A stretch of DNA of 64,000 bases from a virus (Duplodnaviria > Caudoviricetes): positions 174 to 64,173 of the IMG/VR virus record IMGVR_UViG_3300005617_000232. One strand, written 5' to 3'. A program made the position numbers and the translations under genes. The notes beneath the pieces were generated by a model. The model searched no databases and had not been told where the DNA came from. It was given only the letters and a program-made list of their open reading frames with translations. Below are positions 1 through 9,828 of the stretch, one piece after another. Position 1 is the stretch's first letter. Each line of letters begins with the position of its first letter.

Positions 1-86
1 ATGGTGACGTACTGGTCGTCTCCCCCGCCTCCACTCGGCGCGGCAGCGGTGACGACAGCAGTCGCGACTGAGGTAGCGGTCGTCAC
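1..86 (-). CDS. 5' fragment of a minor tail protein (runs off window start)
   Basis: GTG at 86, 3 nt after the Dit stop; frame open to position 1 (MTTATSVATAVVTAAAPSGGGGDDQYVT). Position after Dit fits a tail-tip gene. Confidence 0.6.
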   Translation of the reverse strand, partial: MTTATSVATAVVTAAAPSGGGGDDQYVT

Positions 87-89
87 GCG

Positions 90-551
90 CTAGAGGTCCG
101 GGTCCTGCGCGATCAGCCCGAAGTCGAAGTGCCGCGTGCGGAAGTTGTCGGCGGGCTGGATCTCCAGCGTGCGCTCGTAGAACACCGTCAGCGAGTGTGA
201 GCCGTCACCGGGTGCCGTCCATGACAGGGTGCCGCTCGTGGGCGCGATGATGGCATCCAGCGCTTCCCTGAGAGCCTTCTCCATCGCGTTGAAGCGCGCC
301 TGGCAGGCACTCGGCGCTACCGACTGCACGATCATGCGCCCCTCGAACACCGGGTGGCGTGGCCCCTTCCAACTCTTATGGACGATGCCACCGTGCCCGA
401 ACGGGACGTCCTCGGACGGCACCCGCAGCGTCGGCCCGTCGAGGCCGTGGATGGTGTCGATCCAGTAGAGGTCGTCGTTCGACCCGTTCGCGAACACGCC
501 GTTGTTGAACGTGATCGCCCCGAGCGTGTAGATAGCGGAGTAGTCGGCCAT
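90..551 (-). CDS. distal tail protein (Dit)-like
   Basis: Directly follows the tape measure; 153 aa with Dit-like segments IHGLDGPTLR, PFGHGG, GPRHPVFEG and C-terminal FGLIAQDP. Confidence 0.7.
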   Translation of the reverse strand: MADYSAIYTLGAITFNNGVFANGSNDDLYWIDTIHGLDGPTLRVPSEDVPFGHGGIVHKSWKGPRHPVFEGRMIVQSVAPSACQARFNAMEKALREALDAIIAPTSGTLSWTAPGDGSHSLTVFYERTLEIQPADNFRTRHFDFGLIAQDPDL

Positions 552-3500
552 CTACATCCCGTGCGTCCCGCCGCTGGCGTAGTCGTAGGCCGCCGCTCCG
601 CGCCTGCGCTGCCCGGCTGCCTCGGGGTGCTCGTGACCCTTGCGGTCGGCGCGTAGCTCGTTGTGAATCTTCCGCAGGAGGTCGATCTGCGTGTTGCCCT
701 GCGCGGTCGTCACCGGCCGCACCGAGGACGCCACCGATGTCGTGCGCGTGCCCGGACGGTCGATGGGCAGTGGCTGCGACCCCGTGTTCGACGTGGTGCC
801 GCCCACCAGGCCCGCGGTCGCCCCTCCGGGGATCAGGTTGCCGAGGAGGTTGAACGTGAAGCCCTGGATCGTCTGGAGGAACTCGAACTCCTGCTTCTTG
901 GCGGCGAGCAGGTCCTGCTGCTTCTGCGTGTCCTGGTGTCGCAACTCCGCGATGGCGGCCTGCTCGGCCGCGATCTCGTTGCGCAGCCGCTTCCACTCAT
1001 TCGTGCCGCGCTTGACGTGGGACTGTGCCTCCTTCAGCGCCCGGATAAGCCGCTGTCGCGCGCGGATCTCCTTGTTGATCGACGCCTGCGCCCGGTCCTC
1101 ACCCAACCCCGAGGTTCCCGTCGTCGCCAACTCCACGTCCAGCTGCGCGCTCTCGACCCGCGACGAGTCGCGCTCCTCCTGGCGTCGGCTCCGCAGAGAG
1201 GCGATCTCTCGGCGAACAGCAGCCTTCGCCAGCCGCAGTTGCTGGAGTTCCGAACGCAGCGCCTGCGTATCCCTACCCGCCTTGCGCGCCTCGCGGATGC
1301 GCGCCTGCACGTCCGCGATGCTTCTCCGCAGGAACGCACGCAAGGCGTCGTTCGCCTTGATGTCATCCCCGAGCGCCTCTGTCGCCCCGGCAGCCGAGAC
1401 GCGCGCCTCCCGTCGCGTCTGCTCGGAACTGATGACGGCGATGAGGGCATCGTCGCGGTCCTTCTGCGCCTGGAGAATCTTGTCGGCCTTGCTCTTGGCA
1501 TCGGCAGCAGCAGCCTGCGCCTTCGATTCCTGCTCGGAGAGGATGCTCGCGATGGCGCTGTTGGTGGCGTCGAGCGCGTTGGCGGCATTCACTACCGCTG
1601 CTTCGTTCACGTCGCCTGAGGCGAACAGCCTCCGCTTTCGCGCGAGGTCGGCTTCCTGCTTCGCCTGGCGTTCGCGCAAGATTCTCAGGTCGTCCGACTC
1701 GCCGGGTGTCGTCTGCGCAATAGCGAGTTGTCCTCCGAGGCTCAGGCTCCGGGTGACTCCCTGCATCCCGGTGCCGATCTTCTTGCCGAACTGGTCCACC
1801 GAGTCCGCGATGGCCGACATGTCGCGGGCCACGGTGTCCTTCAGATGGTCGAGCGACTTGCTGCTCTCCTCGTCGCCTCGGCGGAAGTGCCCGACGATGG
1901 AACTGATACCCCGTCCGATCAGACCCGCCGGGCCGAGCAACTGAATCCCTTCGGCCTTCTTCAGCAGATCGAACAGCCGATTGCCGCCAGGAATCTTGTC
2001 CGCGAGATCGCCCACGGCGTCTCCGATCAGACCGATCCCAAAGGCCGCGTCACCGGCCCCCTTCGTGATGTCGCGGAGGTTCTTGACGAACGCCGTCAGC
2101 GGGCCGATGGTCAGTTTCCCGAACTCGATCCCGAGGTCGCTCGCGTCGTCCTTCAACTCCTGCGTCTGCCCCTTCAGCCCACGCGACTTCTCCTCGGCCT
2201 CCTCCTGCGCCACGCCGTACTCGTGTGCTGCCCGGGCGGTGTCCTGGTAACTCGCCCGCTGCTGCCCGGTGAGGGTGAGCAGGCCCGTGACCGCGCGGCG
2301 CGAGAAGATCATCGTGAGGATGTTCCGCTGCTGCTGCACGTCCACTCCGTCGAGGGCCTGCGCTAGCCGCTCGAAGGCATCCGGCCGTAGCTGACCCTGC
2401 GTGGTGAACAGTTCCTTGCGGAAGTCGAACGTACCGCCTTCCAACTTCGCGAGCGCCTCGCGCGCCTGGTTGGACGGGTTCGTAAGCCGCAGCAGCGACT
2501 GGCGCAGTAGCGACCCTGCCTGACTCGCGGAGACGCCTCCCTGGACCATCTGGATCAGCAGCGTCGTGGTGTCGCGGATCGACAGCCCGAAGGCGTTCGC
2601 CACCGGCGCAGCAACCCGGAGTGACTGCGCGAAGTCCTCGTTGCTTCCCGCTGCCGACTTGCCCGCGATGGCGATGGAGTCGGTCACGTCGGTCGTCTGC
2701 TCGGCGGTCAGGTTGTAGGCGTCAAGCAACTGAACGGTCGTGCGGACCGCATCGGCGTGCTCCAACTCGGCGGCCGTCGCCAGGTTCAGAATCGCGGGCG
2801 TTTCCTTGTACGCCTCGTTCAGCGTCTGCCCGCTCTCGGTCGTCTCTCGAATCACCTCGATGGCATCGAGCGATGAAGCCTGGAACACCTCGGACGAGCG
2901 ACCGATGGCCTGCGCGTTCTCCTGAGCCTGCTTGAGTTCTGCACCGGTCGCGTGCGTGGCGAACTCGATCTGATGCATCTGCTCCTCGAAGTCCTGCGCG
3001 CCCTCGATCGACTTGAAGAAGGCGATGGCACCCGCGGTCGCCGCCAGGAACGCTGGGTTCACTCCGAGGCTCGCTCCGCGCAGGCCGGTGAGGGTCGCCG
3101 ACTCGGCCAGGATTGCTTCACTCGCGTGTGACGAGAACGCTGCGTGCTGTCCCGTAGCGAAGGCAGCACGCTCCTCCGCAATCGCCTTTGCGCGCAGCGC
3201 CCCCGTCGCCGTCACCAGAGCGTCGATCTCGCCCACGGTCGCAGCCGTCGTCTTGTCCGTGATCGCGAACAGCGCCCGCTGCGCTACGGCGTCTGCATCG
3301 GCCGCTGCGGCCTTCTGGAGGTGCGCCTTAGCCGCCGCACCCTGAACGCCCTGCCCGGCCACCAGAGCCGCGTTGTAGCGCTCCTGTGCCTCCGTCAGCA
3401 GCGTCTCCGCGGTGGCCGTCTCCTTCGCCGCGGTAGAGAGGGCCTGAAGTTGCCCGGTCTGCGCAGCGGTACCGGCGCTCGGCGGGACAGCGAACTGCGT

Positions 3501-3599
3501 GGCGGCGAGTTGCCGCCTGATCTGTGCCTCGGTCTGAGCCTTGAAGGCTGCCGTCTCAGGCAGCACCTCGACGAACGCGACGGCAATCGGCTCGCCCAC
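552..3599 (-). CDS. tail tape measure protein (TP901-family core)
   Basis: 1015 aa, Ala-rich and helical; TP901-type core (ILNLATAA..., APVANAFGLSIRDTTTLL..., AGSLLRQSLLRL); follows the chaperone pair. Confidence 0.92.
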   Translation of the reverse strand: MGEPIAVAFVEVLPETAAFKAQTEAQIRRQLAATQFAVPPSAGTAAQTGQLQALSTAAKETATAETLLTEAQERYNAALVAGQGVQGAAAKAHLQKAAAADADAVAQRALFAITDKTTAATVGEIDALVTATGALRAKAIAEERAAFATGQHAAFSSHASEAILAESATLTGLRGASLGVNPAFLAATAGAIAFFKSIEGAQDFEEQMHQIEFATHATGAELKQAQENAQAIGRSSEVFQASSLDAIEVIRETTESGQTLNEAYKETPAILNLATAAELEHADAVRTTVQLLDAYNLTAEQTTDVTDSIAIAGKSAAGSNEDFAQSLRVAAPVANAFGLSIRDTTTLLIQMVQGGVSASQAGSLLRQSLLRLTNPSNQAREALAKLEGGTFDFRKELFTTQGQLRPDAFERLAQALDGVDVQQQRNILTMIFSRRAVTGLLTLTGQQRASYQDTARAAHEYGVAQEEAEEKSRGLKGQTQELKDDASDLGIEFGKLTIGPLTAFVKNLRDITKGAGDAAFGIGLIGDAVGDLADKIPGGNRLFDLLKKAEGIQLLGPAGLIGRGISSIVGHFRRGDEESSKSLDHLKDTVARDMSAIADSVDQFGKKIGTGMQGVTRSLSLGGQLAIAQTTPGESDDLRILRERQAKQEADLARKRRLFASGDVNEAAVVNAANALDATNSAIASILSEQESKAQAAAADAKSKADKILQAQKDRDDALIAVISSEQTRREARVSAAGATEALGDDIKANDALRAFLRRSIADVQARIREARKAGRDTQALRSELQQLRLAKAAVRREIASLRSRRQEERDSSRVESAQLDVELATTGTSGLGEDRAQASINKEIRARQRLIRALKEAQSHVKRGTNEWKRLRNEIAAEQAAIAELRHQDTQKQQDLLAAKKQEFEFLQTIQGFTFNLLGNLIPGGATAGLVGGTTSNTGSQPLPIDRPGTRTTSVASSVRPVTTAQGNTQIDLLRKIHNELRADRKGHEHPEAAGQRRRGAAAYDYASGGTHGM

Positions 3600-3940
3600 T
3601 AGACCCCCATTCCGATCCGCTCCAGGTTGGCCGTGTTCATCCGCGCGACGGCCTCCTCGTCATAGGCGTCTCCGACGTAGGCGGTGGCATCTAGTCGCAC
3701 CTCCTCGGCCTCTGCCTGCTTCGGCGCGTGACCCACGGCCCAGGAGTCCAGAACAGCCACAGCATCGTCCAGCGAGAGTCCCTGCCGGATGTGGTCGTCG
3801 AGGAGGAGCGTGTATGCGGCGTCACAGTAGTCACGGATCGTCAGTGCACCTCGATCTCCTCCGGAGAGGGTGACTCGTCCTTCGATGAGGCTTCGATGGT
3901 TCCAGGCCCAGGTCCAGATTCCGAGTCCGAGAAGAAAGGG
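3599..3940 (-). CDS. tail assembly chaperone, -1 frameshift extension (gpGT-like)
   Basis: Frame open from the slippery site CCCTTTC to a stop abutting the tape measure start; no convincing independent start. Confidence 0.75.
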   Translation of the reverse strand, partial: PFLLGLGIWTWAWNHRSLIEGRVTLSGGDRGALTIRDYCDAAYTLLLDDHIRQGLSLDDAVAVLDSWAVGHAPKQAEAEEVRLDATAYVGDAYDEEAVARMNTANLERIGMGV

Positions 3941-4260
3941 CGCTCGGTCATCTGCTCCCATACCCACTCGCGCAGGGCATTCAGTTGGCCGAAGTCGATG
4001 GCCTTCTCGCCGCGGAGCTTGCGCCAGGCATCGTGATCTTCCTCCGCGATAGCGAGCAGGATCAACTGCTCCGTGCCCTCGGCGCTGATCCCGATGACGA
4101 CACCGCCCGAATCGCTCACCTCGCGCTCGCCGCGGGCTGCGGCCTCCAGCGTCTCGGCCCACTCGCTCGGGTCGATGGCGCGCGTTCGGAAGGTCACTCC
4201 CTCTAGTTCGAACGTCGGTCGTTCCTTCGTGAAGCTGACGGTGCCGTTCTCTCCTGCCAC
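3841..4260 (-). CDS. tail assembly chaperone (gpG-like)
   Basis: 139-aa acidic protein upstream of the tape measure; SD GGAGGAG; contains the ERPF slippery segment. Confidence 0.8.
   Translation of the reverse strand: MAGENGTVSFTKERPTFELEGVTFRTRAIDPSEWAETLEAAARGEREVSDSGGVVIGISAEGTEQLILLAIAEEDHDAWRKLRGEKAIDFGQLNALREWVWEQMTERPFFSDSESGPGPGTIEASSKDESPSPEEIEVH
3934..3940 (-). other. -1 programmed ribosomal frameshift heptamer C CCT TTC
   Basis: X XXY YYZ heptamer in the correct phase; a -1 shift enters the frame reading PFLLGLGIWTW. Confidence 0.8.
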
Positions 4261-4269
4261 GTTCTCCTC

Positions 4270-4668
4270 CTACAGTCGGGCGGCCTCTAGGGCCGGGGCG
4301 AGGTACGGGTAGGCATGGCCTCCCGGGTGATGCACTACGGCGACTGGATGCGCAGCCCCGGGCCAGAACAGCGCCTGCTTCGTGCGCGGCCTGATCTCGT
4401 GCGGCTCCGTGCCCTCCTCGACGTAGCGGGCGTACTCTACGTTGCTCCCGATTCGCGCCACAAGACCAGTTGGGCCTTGAACGATCTCGTGCGTGATGCT
4501 GGATCGGAGGCGTCCGGTGTCCACGTTCGGACCCGGCCGCCCGCTGGCGTTCAACTTGGCAGCGGATTCGACGTTGATAGCCCGGCGCGTGAGATCGCGC
4601 CCGATCGGCCCCAGGGGATTCCGGAGCATGGCCTGGAGCGCAGCGTCATTCCAGACGATGCGCGTCAC
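4270..4668 (-). CDS. HK97 gp10-like tail completion/neck protein
   Basis: VDTGRLRSSI...VEYARYVEEGT...PYLAPALE motifs; GTGA overlap start at 4668. Confidence 0.85.
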   Translation of the reverse strand: MTRIVWNDAALQAMLRNPLGPIGRDLTRRAINVESAAKLNASGRPGPNVDTGRLRSSITHEIVQGPTGLVARIGSNVEYARYVEEGTEPHEIRPRTKQALFWPGAAHPVAVVHHPGGHAYPYLAPALEAARL

Positions 4669-5204
4669 GTCGCCAACTCCTCCGGGTAGCCGTCGAGTGC
4701 CACGGTGAACTGCATCTCCCAGCCTCCGCAGCCACCGCTCGGGGTGATCGACTGCATCCCCCAGTTCACCAGGTCGGAGCACTTGGAGAACAGCAGCGGC
4801 GGGTCGGTGTTGATCATGTTGAAGATGCGGTTCCACAGCGCCCATCCGTCGCTGAGGATCTGACGGCTGGCCTCCGTGACGTCCTCGGCCTCGGGCGGCA
4901 CGTACCGCTTGCCCTCGATCCTCCCGGTCGGCACGCAGCGCGTGGCGTGGATGCGGAGCGTCGGCCGGACGATCTGGAACACGGGCGACAGCGTGCCCGG
5001 GGAGCGCGCGCCCTCGCCGACCGGATTCACCCAGACGACGAGTTGCTCGCAGCAGTCGTGTACCGGCACGCCGTAGGCGATGAGTTGTCGCTCGGGCGCT
5101 CCCACCAGGTCGGTGCCCAGTTGCTCGGGCACGGAGTCGAGCGCACCCGCTGCCGCCTCCAGAAGTTCCTGCGCCGTGTCGAATAGTGCGCCCGCATCCG
5201 ACAT
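4665..5204 (-). CDS. tail terminator-like protein
   Basis: Lies between adaptor and gp10; Cys-containing motifs DCCEQL, RCVP, PSGGCGGW as seen in cluster-B-like actinophage neck genes. Confidence 0.6.
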   Translation of the reverse strand: MSDAGALFDTAQELLEAAAGALDSVPEQLGTDLVGAPERQLIAYGVPVHDCCEQLVVWVNPVGEGARSPGTLSPVFQIVRPTLRIHATRCVPTGRIEGKRYVPPEAEDVTEASRQILSDGWALWNRIFNMINTDPPLLFSKCSDLVNWGMQSITPSGGCGGWEMQFTVALDGYPEELAT

Positions 5205-5207
5205 CGG

Positions 5208-6344
5208 CTACGTCCCGCTCGCGCCGCGCAGCCTCACCGGGTACTGAAGATCAGGCGACCACACCGACGAGCGCCCTGCGGCGTCGCCGCTGAACAGGCC
5301 CACGAAGGAGTCGATCGCCGCGATGCCGGTCATGCCGGTCTTGAGCGCCGCCGCGACGAAGGGCACCGTCTCGATCGTGACCCCCTCGCGCGCCACGCGC
5401 GCGACGTTGTCGGGCAGTGAGCACTCACCGGTGCCGGTCGGGCAGGCGCGCCATATCTCGCAGGCGAGCGCCATCGCCGCGGAGCGTGCGGTCTGCGGCG
5501 GGTCGGCACCGTAGGTGTACGTGACCGCGAAGGTGCCCTCCTCCGTCTCGGGGAGGTCGATGATCTGGCAGCCGGGCCACACCAGGCGGCGGCGCGGATC
5601 GGTGATGTCGCGCACGCGCACGAGCTTGTTCGGCTCGATGATGTCGTACTCCGACGGGTCGAGCGCGACGCCGTCGATCAGGACCTCCTCGACCTCGCGG
5701 ATGGGCACCCCCGCCAGGACGACCTCCGAGGTCGGAGCGCATCCACAGGCGCGCGTCTCGCACGCCCAGCGCGCTCGTGACGGGTCCCAGGTGAAGTCGA
5801 GGCCGTAGGTCCACGGCCCCCAGCAGCCGCAGCCTGTGTTACAGGGGCGCACCGTCACCGGCCCGCACTCGCCTGGGTAGAGGCCGTTGGAGACCTCGTA
5901 GAGGATCTCGGTCGCCGCGCGGATGGCGGCGTCCTGGGCGTCCGTGGAGTCGTCCGCGAAGCCTTCGCAGCACGAAGCCACGGCCGCGCGCGTAGTCCAG
6001 GCCGAGCACGGGGGGGTCGTACCCGGCCCGAAGTCCGTGAGCGGGGGGAGAGCAGAGAGTCCGAGGATGGAGTGCGCGAGCGTCAGGTCCTCGGAGGTGG
6101 AGTGCTCCTCGTCGAAGGAGCCGTCCTCCGACCAGATCATCGAGTAGTCACCCTCGGTGTCGGTCGGATCGGTGTAGACCAGCGAGTAGATGCCGGTGAC
6201 GCCGATCTCCACAATGCCCGCGGTCGTCGGGCCGAAGATGGTGGTGTTCTGGTTGTCGTCGACCCTGAAGGCGAGCGTGCCGACCAGGCCGGTCAGTCCA
6301 GAGTTGAACGTGACCTCAAAGGTAGACCCCGGCTCCCTCGTCAC
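5208..6344 (-). CDS. head-to-tail adaptor with N-terminal beta-rich extension
   Basis: AATEILY...CGPVTVRPC...FAVTYTYG..PP....AAMALACE...REGVT adaptor motifs; leaderless-type GTG start. Confidence 0.75.
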   Translation of the reverse strand: MTREPGSTFEVTFNSGLTGLVGTLAFRVDDNQNTTIFGPTTAGIVEIGVTGIYSLVYTDPTDTEGDYSMIWSEDGSFDEEHSTSEDLTLAHSILGLSALPPLTDFGPGTTPPCSAWTTRAAVASCCEGFADDSTDAQDAAIRAATEILYEVSNGLYPGECGPVTVRPCNTGCGCWGPWTYGLDFTWDPSRARWACETRACGCAPTSEVVLAGVPIREVEEVLIDGVALDPSEYDIIEPNKLVRVRDITDPRRRLVWPGCQIIDLPETEEGTFAVTYTYGADPPQTARSAAMALACEIWRACPTGTGECSLPDNVARVAREGVTIETVPFVAAALKTGMTGIAAIDSFVGLFSGDAAGRSSVWSPDLQYPVRLRGASGT

Positions 6345-6377
6345 CGCAGGGATTCTAGGGTGCGAAGCGGAGGGTGG

Positions 6378-6713
6378 CTAGATGGGCGCTATGGGAGGCC
6401 CTGCGGAGTCACTCCAGTCCTGATCCGTATCGGCGGGCGGATGCTCAGCCACCACGCGCCAGTGCTCGCCGTTGAACGATTCCTCGATGGTGACGGAGCC
6501 GTCACGGTGCATGTGCTGTCGTCTGTGGATTACGGGATGCGATGTCTCAACCCGGGCGAGGTCGGTGAGAGCAAGTTCGGCCCACTCCGACAGCGATAGC
6601 CCGGCACGCTTGGCTGCCGCGCGTAGTTCGGCTTCCTCGCTCTGAGAGACCCGTACCTCTACTCGGATGCGTCTGTATCCATCGAGCGCGAGGAGCGTGT
6701 CTCGCTCGTTCAG
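6378..6713 (-). CDS. ribbon-helix-helix DNA-binding protein with CTG start (absent from ORF track)
   Basis: Manual translation: LNERDTLLALDGYRRIRVEVRVSQSEEAELRAAAKRAGLSLSEWAELAL...; 111 aa; CTGA overlap with the upstream stop. Confidence 0.7.
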   Translation of the reverse strand: MNERDTLLALDGYRRIRVEVRVSQSEEAELRAAAKRAGLSLSEWAELALTDLARVETSHPVIHRRQHMHRDGSVTIEESFNGEHWRVVAEHPPADTDQDWSDSAGPPIAPI

Positions 6714-6910
6714 AACTCGGCCCGGTCCCAGTTGGTCGGGTCGTCCTTCGGGTCTGCGTTCGCACGCCGCTCGTTGAACTCGCGGAGCCTAATGACGTTC
6801 GCCTCGCGCATCCGCTTGGCTGCTGCGTCGGGGAGCACGCCCGTGACCTGAAGTTCGTCGTACTCAGCCTGGGTCTCGATGAACTCGGGAAACTGTGTCG
6901 CGGTCTTCAT
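6710..6910 (-). CDS. hypothetical protein starting at the conserved +1 element
   Basis: ATG lies inside GTGCCATGAAGACCGC; MKTATQFPEF... Confidence 0.6.
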   Translation of the reverse strand: MKTATQFPEFIETQAEYDELQVTGVLPDAAAKRMREANVIRLREFNERRANADPKDDPTNWDRAEF

Positions 6911-6949
6911 GGCACCGCTCACTCTAGTAGACCCACCGGACGATGTCAA
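6900..6949 (-). promoter_or_regulatory. sigma70-type promoter plus conserved 16-bp element
   Basis: TTGACA-17-TAGAGT-5-GTGCCATGAAGACCGC. Confidence 0.85.
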
Positions 6950-6952
6950 GTA

Positions 6953-7246
6953 CTACTCGCGCACCTCGACCATGATCTCGGGCGGGTGGTCGTCGGTGAA
7001 ACTCGGCCCGGTACACATCGGCTCCAGGCGCTGGTCGTTGCGGAAGCGGTTGCCGCAGACCGGGCAGACGAACGTGAAGCCCGTGCCCGTCTCGAACAGC
7101 CCCGTCTCGACGAGCACCCGGCCGACCTCATCCGTGCGGTACGCCTTGCGCTCGGCCGCCGTGATGGCCGTCTCGGATCCCGGAGGCAGCCAGGGAGGCT
7201 GGCCCTGAGTAGGACGCAGCCTCCCCTGGACTACACGCTGCTGCAC
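6953..7246 (-). CDS. small Zn-ribbon (CxxC) protein
   Basis: FVCPVCG...PMCTG..DDH; start overlaps the upstream stop. Confidence 0.55.
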   Translation of the reverse strand: MQQRVVQGRLRPTQGQPPWLPPGSETAITAAERKAYRTDEVGRVLVETGLFETGTGFTFVCPVCGNRFRNDQRLEPMCTGPSFTDDHPPEIMVEVRE

Positions 7247-7521
7247 TACTGGACGGTGCCTTCCGGCGGGCCGTCGCCTTCGCCGTACTCCGGTGCGCCG
7301 TCATTCACGACCGCGTGCAGGACAGGCACGCCGAGCGAGACCACGTTGCCGTTCTCGTCGTACTCGTGGCCGTAAGCGTCGGCTGCCGCCTGGTGCGCGT
7401 CCGCTTCCTTGCCGAACTGCTTCGAGGTCTCCACCACGACGTGCCCGCCGGTGCGTGCCTCGTAGACGTACTTCCCGCTGTCCGTCTTGACGACCTGTGC
7501 GTATGTGACGTCGTCGGCCAT
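7246..7521 (-). CDS. hypothetical protein
   Basis: ATG at 7521 overlaps the upstream TGA; acidic 91-aa product. Confidence 0.55.
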   Translation of the reverse strand: MADDVTYAQVVKTDSGKYVYEARTGGHVVVETSKQFGKEADAHQAAADAYGHEYDENGNVVSLGVPVLHAVVNDGAPEYGEGDGPPEGTVQ

Positions 7522-7916
7522 CACGCGAAGGTGTATCCGCCGATGGTGAGGAGCACGATGTTCGCGCCCGACGTGTCCGACTTGTAGCCGAGCCACGACG
7601 TGACGGTCGCCGGGACCACCCACCAGCCGTTGAAGATGGCGGGGATGTTCGCGGTCAGTGCGTACTGGTCGAACAGTCGCGTCGCCGCCGCATCCGCACC
7701 GCCGGTCGTGACGGTGAAGTTGTGGGACGCCGCGTTTGCCTGCGCGTGGATCGTGCGCAGGATGCCCGTGGTCGCAGCCGAGGACGACTGGTACGCGGCC
7801 GTTGACGTGATCGACGTCATCGCCGGGACCAGCGCCGCCGGAGTGCTCACGGCGTAGCGGACGCCAAGCCTGTCGGCAAGGCCGCCGCCTACGTGGTTCA
7901 TGCCAGGAATCATCAC
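7521..7916 (-). CDS. putative small beta-rich virion protein
   Basis: Thr/Ala-rich beta pattern; ATGA overlap. Confidence 0.5.
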   Translation of the reverse strand: MMIPGMNHVGGGLADRLGVRYAVSTPAALVPAMTSITSTAAYQSSSAATTGILRTIHAQANAASHNFTVTTGGADAAATRLFDQYALTANIPAIFNGWWVVPATVTSWLGYKSDTSGANIVLLTIGGYTFA

Positions 7917-8596
7917 TGGCGGACCTCCTCCGGGGCGACTCGGGGATCAGCGACCTGGACCATGTCCACGTCTTCGCCGTACAGGTTACGCAGAGAGCCG
8001 GATGCGTACAAGAGGAACGACTTGAAGTGCCCGGGCATCGAGGTGGGCACGAGCCACGGTGTGTACCCGGCCTCGCGTGCCCGCCAGCAGAAGCTCACGT
8101 CCTCGCCGCCGTCGGGGCGAATCGAGGAGAACCAGCCGTCCGGGCCGATCGCAGCGAACACCTCGCGATGGGTGAGCGTGAAGCCCGCGCCCACCATGCC
8201 GACCTGCTTGGTCTCGTTGGGCACGCGCTGGAGCGGGTGGTACATCTGCTCCTGGTCCGTCCACACGCCCGCGCAGATCACCTCCCCCGTCTCGTCGAGG
8301 TACGGCCCGTGGTAGATGCCCGGCCCCCGCTTGTCGGCCTCCTCCAGGAGCGCCCACACGTCGCGCGGCTCGAACACCATGTCGTTGTCGACCATGAACA
8401 GCCAGTCGCGCCCGGCCTCCATGAACTCCTGCACGAGCCTGTTGCGGTTCTCGTGGATGTACGGCCCCGGAACGAGGATGTAGTCGGCGAGGAAGCGGTG
8501 CTGCCAGTCGTCCTTGAACAGGTTGACGACCGAGTGCATGAAGTTGAAGGAGACGTTGGGGCCGGTGATGAACCCGAGGTGACAGTCGCCCTCCAC
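7913..8596 (-). CDS. glycosyltransferase, GT-A fold (GT2-like)
   Basis: ENRNRLV...DWLFMVDND (DxD), VGAGFTL, GEDVSFC, GHFK motifs. Confidence 0.88.
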   Translation of the reverse strand: MEGDCHLGFITGPNVSFNFMHSVVNLFKDDWQHRFLADYILVPGPYIHENRNRLVQEFMEAGRDWLFMVDNDMVFEPRDVWALLEEADKRGPGIYHGPYLDETGEVICAGVWTDQEQMYHPLQRVPNETKQVGMVGAGFTLTHREVFAAIGPDGWFSSIRPDGGEDVSFCWRAREAGYTPWLVPTSMPGHFKSFLLYASGSLRNLYGEDVDMVQVADPRVAPEEVRQ

Positions 8597-8607
8597 GCGC
8601 GGCAGTC

Positions 8608-9828
8608 TTACAGGTATCCGGGAGAGGTGAAGCCGCGGCCGACGTCGGAGGGCGCGCCAACGTCGCTCGGCACGTCCGCCAGGGAGTTGTAGAGCCAGAT
8701 GCCCCCGTCGCCGCGCACACCGCAGTCACGCGCGGGCTGGCCCGACTTCGACCCGGTGGGAACGGTGTCGCCGGTGACCGAGAAGCGAAGGAACGGCCAG
8801 GTGCCCTTCACCGGATGCACCTTCGTCGTGACGAAGGCCCCGTAGTAGTCGCCCACGTCGCCACCGTCCCACGAGGACCACTGCGGGTAGACCTTGCCGA
8901 CCGCGCTCGCGGCGGGCATCCACACGTCGTACATCTCGGTCGGCCCGATGGGGTCGGTGTTCGGCCTCGGCGGGAACGCCTTGAAGAAGTACGTCGAGGG
9001 CGCTGACCCGTTCGGCTTGAACAGGATGCGCGAGAGCGTCTGATGCGCCACCTTCGACCGCGCTGGCCCCGCGTTCTGCGGCTCGTTCGACAGGAAGATG
9101 CCCTGGTAGTTCGTGATGATGGTGACCCTGTCCATACGGAGGTCGTCGATGATCGCCTCCTGCGTCTGGAACCCATCCGAGTGGTGCGACGTGCCCGCGG
9201 TCGTCACCTGAATCCTGCACGCCTCGATCTGGAGGATCTTGCAGATCCAGCGCACGGTGATCGCGTCGGCGGCCCCACTGAGGAAGATGTCCCAGCCTTC
9301 GAGGTGGAACGTCCCGCTGTCCTGCCTCGGGATGATGTGGCCCTCGTTCTGCTCGCTCGACTGGATGCGCCCCGCGATGGCTTCGACGTCGTTGTAGCCC
9401 TCGACCTGGCCGATCGACCCGGTGAGGTCCTGCGTGAGCGCCGTGATGCGCAGGTCCTGGTTCGACCCGACGGGCACGCTGCGCGCGGAGTTCGTCAGCG
9501 CGCGCACGGTGGGCGATGAGAGCGACGGTGGTGCCCAGCGCAACTTCGGGTCGCCCGACGGGTCCGGCGGTACCGGGTCGGCCGTCTCGACGGCTGTCAC
9601 GCGCGCCTTGAACGTGCTGCCGATGTCGCCTGGCCCGAGGACCAGAGTGTCGGTGTCGCGGCCGGGGATGACCGCGCAGTTGAGGCCGCTGCCATCGCAG
9701 CGCAGCCACTCGTAGCTGAACTCAAGATGATCGAGGTCGAACGTCCAAGTGCCGTCGGTCGTCGTCAGCGTCCCGCCTGAGTGCGTCTCGCCACTGACCA
9801 CCGGCGGCGTCACGTTCACGACCGTCAC
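8608..9828 (-). CDS. virion-associated protein: Ig-like domain plus pectin-lyase-like beta-helix
   Basis: PPVVSG..GGTLTTTDGTW..YEWLRC..DIGSTFKARVTA Ig-like segment; HSDGFQ beta-helix motif; GTGA start at 9828. Confidence 0.65.
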   Translation of the reverse strand: MTVVNVTPPVVSGETHSGGTLTTTDGTWTFDLDHLEFSYEWLRCDGSGLNCAVIPGRDTDTLVLGPGDIGSTFKARVTAVETADPVPPDPSGDPKLRWAPPSLSSPTVRALTNSARSVPVGSNQDLRITALTQDLTGSIGQVEGYNDVEAIAGRIQSSEQNEGHIIPRQDSGTFHLEGWDIFLSGAADAITVRWICKILQIEACRIQVTTAGTSHHSDGFQTQEAIIDDLRMDRVTIITNYQGIFLSNEPQNAGPARSKVAHQTLSRILFKPNGSAPSTYFFKAFPPRPNTDPIGPTEMYDVWMPAASAVGKVYPQWSSWDGGDVGDYYGAFVTTKVHPVKGTWPFLRFSVTGDTVPTGSKSGQPARDCGVRGDGGIWLYNSLADVPSDVGAPSDVGRGFTSPGYL

